From positions 32,001 to 96,000 of the forward strand of contig JBJMOW010000006.1 of NCBI GenBank assembly GCA_045803545.1: a stretch of DNA of 64,000 bases, given 5' to 3'. Under the pieces are notes generated by a model. It saw only the letters and a list, made by a program, of their open reading frames with translations. It was not told the origin of the DNA and did not search any database. Made by a program: the position numbers and the translations under genes. Positions 50,462 through 60,259 of the stretch are shown here, one piece after another. This DNA comes from Gemmatimonadaceae bacterium. Its GTDB lineage: Bacteria; Gemmatimonadota; Gemmatimonadetes; Gemmatimonadales; Gemmatimonadaceae. How positions within the stretch are numbered: the stretch's first letter is position 1; each line of letters begins with the position of its first letter.

Positions 50462-51660
50462 GCCGGCAATCGCGGGGTGATCTTCAGCGAGTTCTTGTAA
50501 TAAACCTTCCTCAACACTTCATCAGGCAACCCGATCCCGTACAGCTTCCAGAACGCGTGATACGGCCGGTAGTAATCGAAGTAGTCATCGTTCGTCTCGA
50601 ACACACGCCAGTAATACGGATACTCCTCGGGCTGATACGAGTCCTTGCCGAACAGAATTCGATCCTGATACTTGATGAAGAAGTCGTGCGCAGCGCGCGG
50701 CTGGCGACCGATGTCGTATAGCACCGCGCCGACATCCACGTAGACGTTCGGCATCTCCGTCAGCATCCTGGCCAGACGGCCGAGGTCGTTGGCGTGCCAA
50801 CCCATGTGCGCGGCGACGAAGGTCGTCTTCGGATTGCGACGGAATAAATTGTCGCGCTCCTTCATCAGCTCCTCGAAGTTGGGATGCTGAGTGGGCGACA
50901 CGCGACGACTCGGAAATAGCTCGAGCTCAAGCCACCGCTCATTGCTGTAGTTCACCGGCTGATAGAACTCCGCCGGATCTGCCGTGTGAATGAAGACCGG
51001 CAGCTTGAGGCGCGCGGCCGCCTGCCAGATGGGATCGAGATCCGGATCGTCGAGCGCGAGCCGAGTACCATCGGTTTTGCGAATCGTCTGACCGAAGTTC
51101 TTCGGGATCTCGCCGATTCCAACCGCTCCTGCAGCGACGTCGGCCTCGAGCTGCGCCACTGCCCTCTGCGCCCATCCAGGTCCTACGTTTCGAAAGTCGA
51201 TGCCCGCCAGCACGCGCACGCGATCCTTCATCGTCGGCGACGACCTGATCGTCGCCATCATCTGCTTCAGCGCGTCACCAGATACGTTGTTCGCGACGAT
51301 GATCATGCGGACGTTGAGACTGTCGAGTTGCGCCCCCATCCGCGCGAGCGATTCGACGCTGCCGAGCATCTCGAATGGATGTCCGTGGAAATCGATCGCC
51401 GGATAGCGCGCCTTCTTCACCATGTGCTCCGGAACTACCAGCGTCGAACGCGGTCGATAGTCGAGAATACTTGGCGCAGGATCCTGCGGGTCGAGACATT
51501 GGCGCGGCCGAATCTCAGTTGTGCCGGGCGGGCACTGCTCGCCGGGTTTAATCGACGTCGCGCGGTCGCCGCCTGGTTGCGCCGATAGCGGGAAGGCGAA
51601 GAATGTCGCGGCGCAGGCCGCTAAGAAAAAAGATCGCCGAGGATGCGCACGGATTGGCAT
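50458..51660 (-). CDS. Exported amidohydrolase_2 family protein (full length)
   Basis: IDFHGH, VFIHTAD, AAHMGW, ILFGKD; RRSFF signal; AAGGA RBS. Confidence 0.9.
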   Translation of the reverse strand: MPIRAHPRRSFFLAACAATFFAFPLSAQPGGDRATSIKPGEQCPPGTTEIRPRQCLDPQDPAPSILDYRPRSTLVVPEHMVKKARYPAIDFHGHPFEMLGSVESLARMGAQLDSLNVRMIIVANNVSGDALKQMMATIRSSPTMKDRVRVLAGIDFRNVGPGWAQRAVAQLEADVAAGAVGIGEIPKNFGQTIRKTDGTRLALDDPDLDPIWQAAARLKLPVFIHTADPAEFYQPVNYSNERWLELELFPSRRVSPTQHPNFEELMKERDNLFRRNPKTTFVAAHMGWHANDLGRLARMLTEMPNVYVDVGAVLYDIGRQPRAAHDFFIKYQDRILFGKDSYQPEEYPYYWRVFETNDDYFDYYRPYHAFWKLYGIGLPDEVLRKVYYKNSLKITPRLPA

Positions 51661-51776
51661 TCCTTAAATGTGGCGAACGGGCGGGCCGATGGGCTACAAG
51701 GAGCTGGTCGCCACTGAAAACCCGCGCCCACCATAGACAGGCGTTCGGAGGTGTCGCGACTTAGCTTGTTGAGATA

Positions 51777-52433
51777 ATGTCGAGGACGCGCGAACAAACG
51801 AGCGGCGAGGAAATCGCCAACAGCCTGACTCACGGACTCGGCGTCGTATTGACCCTGGTCGTCGGTCCAATGCTCGTCATCATCGCCGTGCGCAGCGGCG
51901 ATCCGTGGCGAGTCGTTGCCGCAGCCGTCTATGCAACGACGCTGCTGCTGCTGTTCACATCATCGATGCTCTATCACGGGCTGAGGCCACCTGCAGCAAA
52001 GGCGGTCTTTCAGCGCATCGATCACGCTGCGATCTACCTTCTGATCGCTGGCACCTACACGCCGTTCACTCTCATCACCCTGCGTGGACCGTGGGGCTGG
52101 AGTCTATTTGGCATTATTTGGGCTCTCGCCATCGCCGGTGTCGCGCTCAAAGGAACGTTCGGCGCGCGACTGCCCGCGCTGTCAACCGCGGTCTACCTCG
52201 GCATGGGCTGGCTCGCCGTCATCGCGCTGCGGCCACTTCTCATGAACGTCGCGCCGAGGGGAATCGCGTGGCTCGTCGCAGGCGGATTCTTCTACACGGC
52301 AGGCGTCGTTTTCTACGTTCGCGACGAACGTCATCGCTATCATCACGCAGTGTGGCATGTGTTCGTGCTCGCGGGAAGCATCGCCCATTTCTGCGCGATC
52401 CTCTGGTACGCGCTGCCGGTGACTCGCGTGTAA
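51777..52433 (+). CDS. Hemolysin III / PAQR family membrane protein
   Basis: EEIANSLTHG, SMLYH, DHAAIYLLIAGTYTPF, HAVWHVFVL. Confidence 0.95.
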   Translation: MSRTREQTSGEEIANSLTHGLGVVLTLVVGPMLVIIAVRSGDPWRVVAAAVYATTLLLLFTSSMLYHGLRPPAAKAVFQRIDHAAIYLLIAGTYTPFTLITLRGPWGWSLFGIIWALAIAGVALKGTFGARLPALSTAVYLGMGWLAVIALRPLLMNVAPRGIAWLVAGGFFYTAGVVFYVRDERHRYHHAVWHVFVLAGSIAHFCAILWYALPVTRV

Positions 52434-52539
52434 GGATTCGCTTCTTCTGGGCAGAACGATGATCTTGTGACCTAAGACGCGATCCGTGAAGTCAGCACTT
52501 ATACCGGCGGTCGCGATCCCTTTGCACAGGTCGATTGAA

Positions 52540-52905
52540 ATGCTGACTGACGAGCACAAAGAACGAATTCGCCACCTCCTGAAACGGAGGATAACTGCTT
52601 CACGAATCGACGCCGACCAGCGAGCGACGATCCGTCAGATATGCGCCGAGATAATGCCTGTCGCCGAGCCAGCAACGCTCCTTCGCACATTCGTCGACGC
52701 GCTCGTCCTGGCGGCGGACACGGAGAGAATTCCTTACGGGGTCGAACGCGATGCGCTGCTTTCACAGCTCGTCGCACTTTTCGTCGATGAGCTCCATGCA
52801 TGTTCCGACGACGGAAATCCTCTGGAGCTTGGACTGCGCCGCGAGACTCCCGCGACCGCTCCGCGCCTCATTCTGGATAGCGATTCGACCAGCACCAGCC
52901 TCTGA
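52540..52905 (+). CDS. Hypothetical protein
   Basis: Plausible helical ORF (ERDALLSQLVALFVDE) filling the gap; start uncertain. Confidence 0.55.
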   Translation: MLTDEHKERIRHLLKRRITASRIDADQRATIRQICAEIMPVAEPATLLRTFVDALVLAADTERIPYGVERDALLSQLVALFVDELHACSDDGNPLELGLRRETPATAPRLILDSDSTSTSL

Positions 52906-53033
52906 GCTGCGGCTGCCCTCGCGCAAACCGCGTCGGGGTTTCGCCTGTTTCTCCTTGCGTAGATCACAACCGAGAGTGACCGTAGTGCAAGCCAGCGGGG
53001 ACGATTTCCCTCCAATCACCAGCGGCGCGCTAC

Positions 53034-55361
53034 GTGGATACCGAGCTCGGCCAGAATCTCCGTGATGCACTAAGCGATCTTTACACCCTCGAGCGCGAAA
53101 TCGTCGGTGCCGGCATGTCGCGAGTCTTCGTCGCCGAGGACCGCGCACTTGGCAGACGCGTCGTCCTCAAGGTTCTGCCGCCGGAGATGGGCGCCGCCGT
53201 TCGGCTGGAGAGATTCCGCCGAGAGATTCAGCTCGCTGCATCGCTGACGCATCCGCACATCATCCCGCTCCTCACGGCGGGCGAGACGCTCGGCCTTCCC
53301 TACTATACTATGCCGTTCGTCGAGGGCGAGTCGCTCAAGGAACGGCTCAAGCGCGATTGGCGGCTGCCGATTCCCGAGGCGGTGAGACTCGCTTGTGAAA
53401 TCGCGCAGGCACTCGACTATGCGCATCGGAGTGGTGTCGTCCACCGCGATATGAAGCCGGGCAACGTGCTGCTCCACGACGGACACGCAATGATCACGGA
53501 CTTCGGTATCGCGCGCGCACTCAACGTCGCTGCCGCAGATCCGAATCTCACCAGCGCCGGCACCGCGATCGGAACGCCGGCGTACATGAGTCCGGAACAA
53601 GGGATGGGCGAGCCCAGCGTCGACGGACGCACCGACATCTACGCGCTGGCCTGCGTGCTGTTCGAGATGCTGTCCGGTAGCGCGCCGTACGTCGGCAGAA
53701 ACGCCCAGCAGGTGATGATGCGCCATTTTGTCGATCCGATTCCCAGCGTGCGACCGGGACGGAACGACATCCCAGTCACGGTCGATGACGCAATAAGGAA
53801 AGCACTCTCGAAACAGCCGGCGGGAAGGTTTGCCTCTGCGGCGGATTTCGCGACGGCTCTCGAAGCTGGACACGTCAACTGGACGTTCACGCCGGACTTG
53901 GGGCTGCCTGCAATAGGGGCCAGCGTATCCGCGTCCAACTCGGGCCCAACCGCAGCGATCAACAAACCGCTGCTCGATCGATTCGTGGCCGTGCTGCCGT
54001 TCGAGAACATGAGCGCCGATCCCGAGAACGAATATTTCTCCGACGGCATCACCGAAGACATCATCACCAATCTTTCGAAGATTCAAACGCTCAAGGTGAT
54101 GTCGCGCACTTCAACGGCGCCGTACAAGAAGCACGGTAAGAACGTTCGCGAGATCGGGCGAGAGCTCGGTGTCTCACACGTGCTCGAGGGGAGCGTTCGC
54201 CGAGCGGGCAACAAGGTGCGCGTCACCGCGCAGCTGATCGATACGGAGACCGATCACCACCTTTGGGCAAAAACGTGGGACCGCGAGCTGGACGACATCT
54301 TCGCCGTGCAGACCGACGTCGCCGAGTGTGTCGCGCACTGCATGCGCGCGAAGCTGAGTCCGACAGACGCGTCGCGCCTCGCGAAGAAGCCAACCGAGAA
54401 TATCGAGGCGTACAACCTCTATCTGCTCGGCAGGCATCACTACAACAAAGTCACCCCCGACGATTTCGCCAAGGCAGTCGACTATCTAAAGGAAGCGGCT
54501 GATCTTGATCCCGAGTTCACGACAGCGATTGCATCACTCGCGGAAGCGTATCAGTACCTGGGTATGGGTTATTGGGGCGTGCGACCGCACGACGCGCATC
54601 CCGAGGCATTCAAGCTCGCCACCAAAGCCGCCGAGCTCGATCCGACCAATGGAAGTGCGCACGCGTCGTTAGGTCTGTACTACGACTGGTACCGCTTCGA
54701 TTTCGAGAAAGGAGGAGCTGAGCTCGCGCGAGCGGTCGAGTTGTACCCGAGCGGATCGATGCTGCGGATGTACTACGCGATGCACCTCTGCGCGGTTGGC
54801 AAGTTCGACGAAGCCATGGTCCACCGCGACATCGCGTGTCAGCTGGATCCAAGTGCGATGGCAATCCGCGGTAACGCGACCTGGGTGCTCTACCTCGCGC
54901 GTCGAATGGAGCAGGCGATCGAAGAGTGTCGCAACATTCGCCAGATCGATCCGATGTCTTCCTACGCCGCGTTCTCGCATGGACTCGTCTGCGCTCAAGG
55001 CGGCGACAAGCGCGAAGGAATTCAGGCATTCCGCGATGCGGCGCGACTCGGCGAAGGAATCACGTTGTACCAGGTCAGTCTCGCCTACGGTCTCGCTGCT
55101 GGTGGTGAGCATGCCGAGGCGAGTGAGCTACTGGACAGACTCGAGAACCTGTCGCAGAAAGAATTCGTCTGGCCGATGGGAATGGGGATGGCTTACGCGC
55201 ACCTCGGTCAGGAGTCCAAGGCAATGGACTGGCTGGAAAAGGCGTACGACGAGCGAGTCGGCTACATGCTGATGATCACGCAGGAGCCGGCGCTCGACAT
55301 CTTGAGATCGTCATCACGCTTCCAGACTCTCGCGCAGAGAATCGGGCCGAACACAGCCTGA
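53034..55361 (+). CDS. Ser/Thr kinase with TolB-like domain and TPR repeats
   Basis: HRDMKPGN, DFG, GTPAYMSPE; VAVLPFENMS...YFSDGITEDII; TPR-like tail. Confidence 0.92.
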   Translation: MDTELGQNLRDALSDLYTLEREIVGAGMSRVFVAEDRALGRRVVLKVLPPEMGAAVRLERFRREIQLAASLTHPHIIPLLTAGETLGLPYYTMPFVEGESLKERLKRDWRLPIPEAVRLACEIAQALDYAHRSGVVHRDMKPGNVLLHDGHAMITDFGIARALNVAAADPNLTSAGTAIGTPAYMSPEQGMGEPSVDGRTDIYALACVLFEMLSGSAPYVGRNAQQVMMRHFVDPIPSVRPGRNDIPVTVDDAIRKALSKQPAGRFASAADFATALEAGHVNWTFTPDLGLPAIGASVSASNSGPTAAINKPLLDRFVAVLPFENMSADPENEYFSDGITEDIITNLSKIQTLKVMSRTSTAPYKKHGKNVREIGRELGVSHVLEGSVRRAGNKVRVTAQLIDTETDHHLWAKTWDRELDDIFAVQTDVAECVAHCMRAKLSPTDASRLAKKPTENIEAYNLYLLGRHHYNKVTPDDFAKAVDYLKEAADLDPEFTTAIASLAEAYQYLGMGYWGVRPHDAHPEAFKLATKAAELDPTNGSAHASLGLYYDWYRFDFEKGGAELARAVELYPSGSMLRMYYAMHLCAVGKFDEAMVHRDIACQLDPSAMAIRGNATWVLYLARRMEQAIEECRNIRQIDPMSSYAAFSHGLVCAQGGDKREGIQAFRDAARLGEGITLYQVSLAYGLAAGGEHAEASELLDRLENLSQKEFVWPMGMGMAYAHLGQESKAMDWLEKAYDERVGYMLMITQEPALDILRSSSRFQTLAQRIGPNTA

Positions 55362-55388
55362 TCGAGGCTTGAGTCGCCTTTTTTGCCA

Positions 55389-55432
55389 TTGACAGGATAA
55401 GTGCCGTCTGTAATACTAAACCATATGGTTTA
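55389..55432 (+). promoter_or_regulatory. Sigma70-type promoter with palindromic operator overlapping the ArsR start codon
   Basis: TTGACA at 55389; TAATACT at 55411; perfect palindrome TAAACCATATGGTTTA at 55417-55432. Confidence 0.75.
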
Positions 55433-55865
55433 CTCTTCTCCGGCACTCGACAGCACGTTTGCAGCGTTGGCCGACCCGACCCGTCGCGAGATCCTCGCCC
55501 GGCTGTCGAGAGGAGAAGAGTCCATTAGCGAGCTCGCCTCTCGCTTCGACATGTCTCTGCCCGCTGTCTCCAAGCACGTCCGCGTGCTCCAGGCAGCAGG
55601 ACTGGCGAATGTGGCAAAGGAGGGGCGCGTCCGCCGTGCGACATTGACACCAAAGCCGATGGAGCAGGCGCTCAATTGGATCGACCACTACCGTCGATTC
55701 TGGGAGTCCGAGCTCGATGCGCTCGCCCGTTATCTCGAAAACCCATCAGCAACGGAGCAATCATGGCAACCGAAACCGCGACAGCAACCAGTCTCCAGGT
55801 CCGCCGAGTCATCAAGGCACCGCGCCAGCGCGTCTTCGAGGCGTGGACGAAAGCGGACGAACTGA
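55425..55865 (+). CDS. ArsR/SmtB family regulator
   Basis: FAALADPTRREIL, SLPAVSKHVRVL..AGL, GRVR. Confidence 0.92.
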   Translation: MVYSSPALDSTFAALADPTRREILARLSRGEESISELASRFDMSLPAVSKHVRVLQAAGLANVAKEGRVRRATLTPKPMEQALNWIDHYRRFWESELDALARYLENPSATEQSWQPKPRQQPVSRSAESSRHRASASSRRGRKRTN

Positions 55866-56203
55866 AACGCTGGCACGCGCCCGGACCACTAACGGTATCC
55901 CTCGCCGAAATCGACGCGCGGCCCGGCGGCAAATACCGGATCCACATGCAGCAGCCTGACGGGGTCGAGCACAAAGTGAGCGGCGTCTATCGCGAAGTCG
56001 ATCCGCCCAAGCGTCTCGTCTACACCTGGGGCTGGGATGGGAATCACCCCGTGAAAAACAGCGTCGTCACCATCGACTTCATCGACCGCGGCAACACGAC
56101 AGAAATCATCCTCACCCACGATGGCTTCCCGTCAACCCAAGAGCGTGACGACCACGAGAAGGGCTGGACGGCGATCCTGGAGAAACTGGAGGCAGCCTTC
56201 TAG
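55763..56203 (+). CDS. SRPBCC/AHSA1 domain protein
   Basis: APRQRVFEAWT, D.RPGGKYRI, PPKRLVYTW, GWTAILEKL; GGAG RBS. Confidence 0.9.
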   Translation: MATETATATSLQVRRVIKAPRQRVFEAWTKADELKRWHAPGPLTVSLAEIDARPGGKYRIHMQQPDGVEHKVSGVYREVDPPKRLVYTWGWDGNHPVKNSVVTIDFIDRGNTTEIILTHDGFPSTQERDDHEKGWTAILEKLEAAF

Positions 56204-56268
56204 AAACGCCGCTCCTTGCGGCTGCGCGGATTCTGCACGACCATACATGTCAACTTTTCCCTGCCTCG

Positions 56269-56823
56269 ATGACTTTCATCGTGCTGTTGATCATTGTCGT
56301 GGTGGTCGTGCTCGCGCTGGTCGGCCTCTACAACAAGCTCGTCTCATTGCGCGTTCGATCGCAGAACGCGTGGTCGGACATCGACGTTCAGCTCAAGCGC
56401 CGCGCAGATCTCGTTCCGAATCTGGTCAACACCGTGAAGGGCTACGCAGCACACGAGCGCGACACGCTCGAAGCGGTGACCAACGCGCGCACGCGCGCGG
56501 TCGCGGCACAAGGCGCCGGACCCGCCGAGCGCTCGGCGGCCGAAGCGCAGCTGAGTACGGCGCTGCGCGGACTCAGCGTCGCGGTCGAAGCGTATCCGCA
56601 ACTTCAGGCGTCGGGCGGGTTTCGCGATTTGCAGCAGCAACTGGCTTCTATCGAAGATGCGATCCAGAATGCGCGGCGCTACTATAACGCCGTCGTGCGC
56701 GACTTCAACACCGCTGTCTCGACGTTCCCGTCGAACCTGTTCGCGAACTCGATGGGCTACAAGGAGCTCGAGTTCTTCCAGGCCGAAGAAGCCGAGCGAG
56801 CGGTGCCGAAGGTGAGTTTTTGA
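56269..56823 (+). CDS. lemA: LemA family protein
   Basis: NAWSDIDVQLKRRADLVPNLV.TVKGYA.HE, EAYPQL, ARRYYN. Confidence 0.95.
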   Translation: MTFIVLLIIVVVVVLALVGLYNKLVSLRVRSQNAWSDIDVQLKRRADLVPNLVNTVKGYAAHERDTLEAVTNARTRAVAAQGAGPAERSAAEAQLSTALRGLSVAVEAYPQLQASGGFRDLQQQLASIEDAIQNARRYYNAVVRDFNTAVSTFPSNLFANSMGYKELEFFQAEEAERAVPKVSF

Positions 56824-56833
56824 GCGTGCACGC

Positions 56834-56862
56834 AAAAAGAGCTCGGCTCATCGCCGGGCTCT
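56834..56862 (-). terminator. Probable intrinsic terminator
   Basis: A5 followed by GAGCTCGGC/GCCGGGCTC stem between convergent genes. Confidence 0.55.
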
Positions 56863-56866
56863 CCCG

Positions 56867-57280
56867 CTAGTACGGCCTCGTCCTGCGACCGATTCTGCTG
56901 GTGAGCAGGATCGCCCCACCATTCCGCCCCGTCGGACCAAACTTGGCCGACGCTTCGATCGGAGTCAGGAACTCGATCCCGATCAGATCGATCGCCGAGA
57001 TACGATTGAGCTCGTCGGGTCCGCCCAGTCGAAGCCCATCGAGATAGACCGATGGCTCGAAGAAGAATCCGCCGGCCGGATTCAGCGCCGTCGGACGAAG
57101 CCTGAGAACGGCGTCATATGCGGTGATCGGTCGCACCGCCGAGATCTGGGTCTCGGAAAAACTCGTGAATGACCTTTGCGGAGTCAGGCGAGTGTTCGCT
57201 TGCGGCGCACAGGACAACAGTACTACAACTGCGACGACGGGTGCGGCGAATTGGAGGCCGGTTCGAGCGGAGTACGACAT
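56867..57280 (-). CDS. Small lipoprotein with TonB-plug-like domain
   Basis: LLSC lipobox; AYDAVLRLRP, VYLDG, IEFL...AS.KFG....GAILL; GGAGG RBS. Confidence 0.7.
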   Translation of the reverse strand: MSYSARTGLQFAAPVVAVVVLLSCAPQANTRLTPQRSFTSFSETQISAVRPITAYDAVLRLRPTALNPAGGFFFEPSVYLDGLRLGGPDELNRISAIDLIGIEFLTPIEASAKFGPTGRNGGAILLTSRIGRRTRPY

Positions 57281-57424
57281 GATGCCTCCGGAGGTTGAAC
57301 GCGTTCCTTCCCTTTCGACACAGTGATTCCCCGACTGGTTGAAACGTTGCGGAAGCTTTTTTTGCAAGTCATCGAGTCGATGGACATCTTCTGGCCTTAT
57401 CGACCTGTACGCCCTCCCAAGCGA

Positions 57425-59221
57425 ATGAGTTTCCTGACACCGGCGGCCGCGAGAATTCTCGCGCAAGTTTTACAATGTCAACGCATCGCATGTGTGGTGG
57501 CTCTGCTGTGTTGCGGTCTCGCGAGCTCCGCGACTGCGCAGGCCCACGACATCCGCATTCGGGATTACGGTGCACTGCTCACTGTGCATTCCGATGGAAC
57601 GGTCGACGTCGTCGAGCAGCTGCGCATTCACTTCACTGGCGAATGGCACGGTCTCAATCGCGATCTATCGCTCCAGCAGAACACCTCGCGGGGGCGCAGG
57701 GTCAAACTCGACGTCGAAGACGGGCCCATCACAGATGCGGCCGGCAATCCACTCGTCGTCGAACACCAGAGCCAGGATGGCGGCTGGACGCGGCGGTACC
57801 ACATCTACATCTCGGGCGCGGTTGATACCGATCGAACGATCGTCATCCGCTATCGGCTGAAGAACGCGATTCGTTTCTTCTTCAAATCGAGCAAGGTCGG
57901 CGAGCTCGACGAGCTCTATTGGAACGTCACTGGCAACTCGTGGACGATGTTCATCGACACCGTTCACGCACGCGTCGTTCTCCCCGACGACGTACGGCCA
58001 ACCAGGGTCGCCGTCTACACTGGCCCTCAGGACTCTCGCGCATCAGACGCATCCATCGCTCGTGACGGCAATGAAGTCGAGTTCGACTCGCGTCATCCGC
58101 TCTATCCATACAACGGAATGACGCTCGGTGTCGGCTGGCCACCCGGACACATTGCCGGTCGCCCGAGCGAGGCGCACGAACAGCTGATGGAGATCCTTCG
58201 CTGGGTGCCGCTGTTGATTCCACTACTCGTTTTCTGGTTCGCGTATCGTCGCTGGGACAAATACGGCCGGGATCCGGTCGAAGGATCCTACGTCGTTCGC
58301 TACGAACCCGTGCCGGGCGCAACGCCGGCGGAGCTCGGTACGCTCGTTGACAACAACGCCGACATCCGCGACATCACTGCGACGCTCGTCGACCTCGCGG
58401 TGCGCGGGTACATCCACATCAACGAGCTGACGGAAGAACATCTCTTCGGGCTGACCAGGAGCGCCGACTACTGCTTCGAGATTCTCAAGAAGCGATCGGA
58501 GTGGACCAATCTCAAGTCACACGAGCTGAGTTATCTCGATGCCCTCAGCCAGTGCGCGCCAGCAGACCTGTACAAGGTGAACATGTCCGAGCTCCGGAAT
58601 CACTTCTACAAATTCCTGCCGGAAATCACCAACGCCGTTTATGACGAGCTGGTGCAGTCAGGCTATTACGTCGAGCGTCCGGATCGCGCGAGGGCAAAGG
58701 CGTGGGGCATCGCCGTTCTGGTGAGTTTTGTGCTGGGCGGGCTCACCATATTGTCGCTCAGTCGTGGATTCTCGCTATTCGCGCCTGCCTCGCTGGTGTT
58801 TGCGACGGCGATCAGCTTCATAATCCTGGTTGTTTTCGCGCAACTGATGCCAGCCCGCACCACCGAGGGTGCGCGTGCGCGTGAAGCAGGACTCGGCTTC
58901 AAGGAATTTCTTTCGCGCGTTGAAGAAGATCGTTACAAGCGGATGATCACTTCGCCGGAGTTGTTCGAGAAGTACCTGCCCTACGCGATGGCGTTCGAAG
59001 TTGAAGAGAAATGGGCGAATGCGTTCAAGGACATCTATAACGAGGCGCCAAACTGGTACACGGGCACCGGTCGCTTCGACGCTGTGAGCTTCGGTCACAG
59101 CATCAGCACCATGTCGAATGCGGCGGCAAGCAGTATGTCGTCGAGTCCGTCATCATCGGGATCCGGCGGCGGTGGATCGAGTGGCGGCGGAAGCGGTGGT
59201 GGCGGCGGAAGCGGATTTTGA
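57425..59221 (+). CDS. DUF2207 membrane protein (copy B)
   Basis: Same motifs as copy A; near lemA; start uncertain. Confidence 0.9.
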   Translation: MSFLTPAAARILAQVLQCQRIACVVALLCCGLASSATAQAHDIRIRDYGALLTVHSDGTVDVVEQLRIHFTGEWHGLNRDLSLQQNTSRGRRVKLDVEDGPITDAAGNPLVVEHQSQDGGWTRRYHIYISGAVDTDRTIVIRYRLKNAIRFFFKSSKVGELDELYWNVTGNSWTMFIDTVHARVVLPDDVRPTRVAVYTGPQDSRASDASIARDGNEVEFDSRHPLYPYNGMTLGVGWPPGHIAGRPSEAHEQLMEILRWVPLLIPLLVFWFAYRRWDKYGRDPVEGSYVVRYEPVPGATPAELGTLVDNNADIRDITATLVDLAVRGYIHINELTEEHLFGLTRSADYCFEILKKRSEWTNLKSHELSYLDALSQCAPADLYKVNMSELRNHFYKFLPEITNAVYDELVQSGYYVERPDRARAKAWGIAVLVSFVLGGLTILSLSRGFSLFAPASLVFATAISFIILVVFAQLMPARTTEGARAREAGLGFKEFLSRVEEDRYKRMITSPELFEKYLPYAMAFEVEEKWANAFKDIYNEAPNWYTGTGRFDAVSFGHSISTMSNAAASSMSSSPSSSGSGGGGSSGGGSGGGGGSGF

Positions 59222-59260
59222 GCGGGAAGCGGGAAGCGGGAAGCGGGAAGCGGGAAGCGG
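59221..59260. repeat. Heptamer tandem repeat (AGCGGGA)n
   Basis: Read directly between convergent stop codons. Confidence 0.9.
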
Positions 59261-59264
59261 ACGG

Positions 59265-60143
59265 TTACTTTCGCGCCGCAGCAAGCGCGTTGGCGAATTC
59301 GCCGGCGCTGGCGAAACGATCGGCGCGCGCTTTTGACAATGACTTCATGATCGCGGCGTCCGCGCGCACCGGCACATCAGGCCTTACCTCGGTCACCGGC
59401 TTCGGCGTTTCCTTGTTGTGCTTCGCGAAAATCTCGAGGTAAGTGCGGCCGGTGAACGGCGGCCTGCCGGCCAGCAGCTCGTACGTCACACAGCCGAGTG
59501 AATAGACGTCGCTTCGCTGATCGAGATTGCCCTGCGCGCCGATCTGTTCGGGACTCATGTACTCGGGCGTACCTACTGAAACACCGGTGACAGTGATCTG
59601 AGTCGACTGCTCGCCGGTGATCGCGCGGGAGATGCCAAAGTCAGCAAGAATCACCGAGCCCTCGGGCAACAGAATATTTGCCGGCTTGATGTCGCGATGG
59701 ATTACGCCCCGGCTGTGTGCGTAATCGAGGGCGCTGGCGATGTGCTGCACGATCGCAATGACAGCGTTCACCGGCAGCTGTCTTTCGCGACGCAGTCTCG
59801 ATCGCAGGGTCTCGCCGTTCACAAATGGTGTCACCATGAACAGGCCGTGATGTTCGAGCGTGCCGTGATCGAGCAACCGCAGGATGTTGGGATGCTCCAG
59901 GCTGCTGAGGATCTCGACTTCACGTTCAAATCGCTTCTCGCCGACCACGGTCGCCACTTCCGGCCGCAGGATTTTCACCGCGACCTGCGTGTTGGAGTCT
60001 CGATCGTCGGCCAGGATCACATACGCAGCGCTGCCCTTCCCGATCAGCGATTTGAAAGCATAGCGTTGCGGCAGCGCCGCGACGAAACGTTGGATACGAC
60101 CGGGCGGTTTTTGGATCGGGAACCTTGAGGGGCTGGAATGCAT
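59265..60143 (-). CDS. Stand-alone Ser/Thr kinase
   Basis: VAVK, HRDIKPAN, DFG, GTPEYMSPE; no accessory domains. Confidence 0.92.
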   Translation of the reverse strand: MHSSPSRFPIQKPPGRIQRFVAALPQRYAFKSLIGKGSAAYVILADDRDSNTQVAVKILRPEVATVVGEKRFEREVEILSSLEHPNILRLLDHGTLEHHGLFMVTPFVNGETLRSRLRRERQLPVNAVIAIVQHIASALDYAHSRGVIHRDIKPANILLPEGSVILADFGISRAITGEQSTQITVTGVSVGTPEYMSPEQIGAQGNLDQRSDVYSLGCVTYELLAGRPPFTGRTYLEIFAKHNKETPKPVTEVRPDVPVRADAAIMKSLSKARADRFASAGEFANALAAARK

Positions 60144-60218
60144 GTAATATGGCCATAAGGCGACCTGCAGCCATGTTGGTTGCAGCCCCTGCTTCTAGCT
60201 ACTCGACTGGACATCCAT

Positions 60219-60254
60219 AAAAAAAAGGCCGGCCGAGGCGCCGCCCTTTTTTTT
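60219..60254. terminator. Bidirectional intrinsic terminator
   Basis: A8 - GC-rich imperfect stem - T8. Confidence 0.75.
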
Positions 60255-60259
60255 ATTCG

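Noticed and set aside
35828..51660. Diversity-generating retroelement TR/VR pair to explain the amidohydrolase repeats
   Set aside because: No reverse transcriptase in the window, and differences are mostly synonymous third-position changes rather than adenine-specific.
29990..51660. Prophage or ICE
   Set aside because: No integrase, phage structural, relaxase or conjugation genes recognised.
53070..54086. 338 aa minus-strand ORF (also 60317-61105 on +)
   Set aside because: Antisense shadows of kinase genes.
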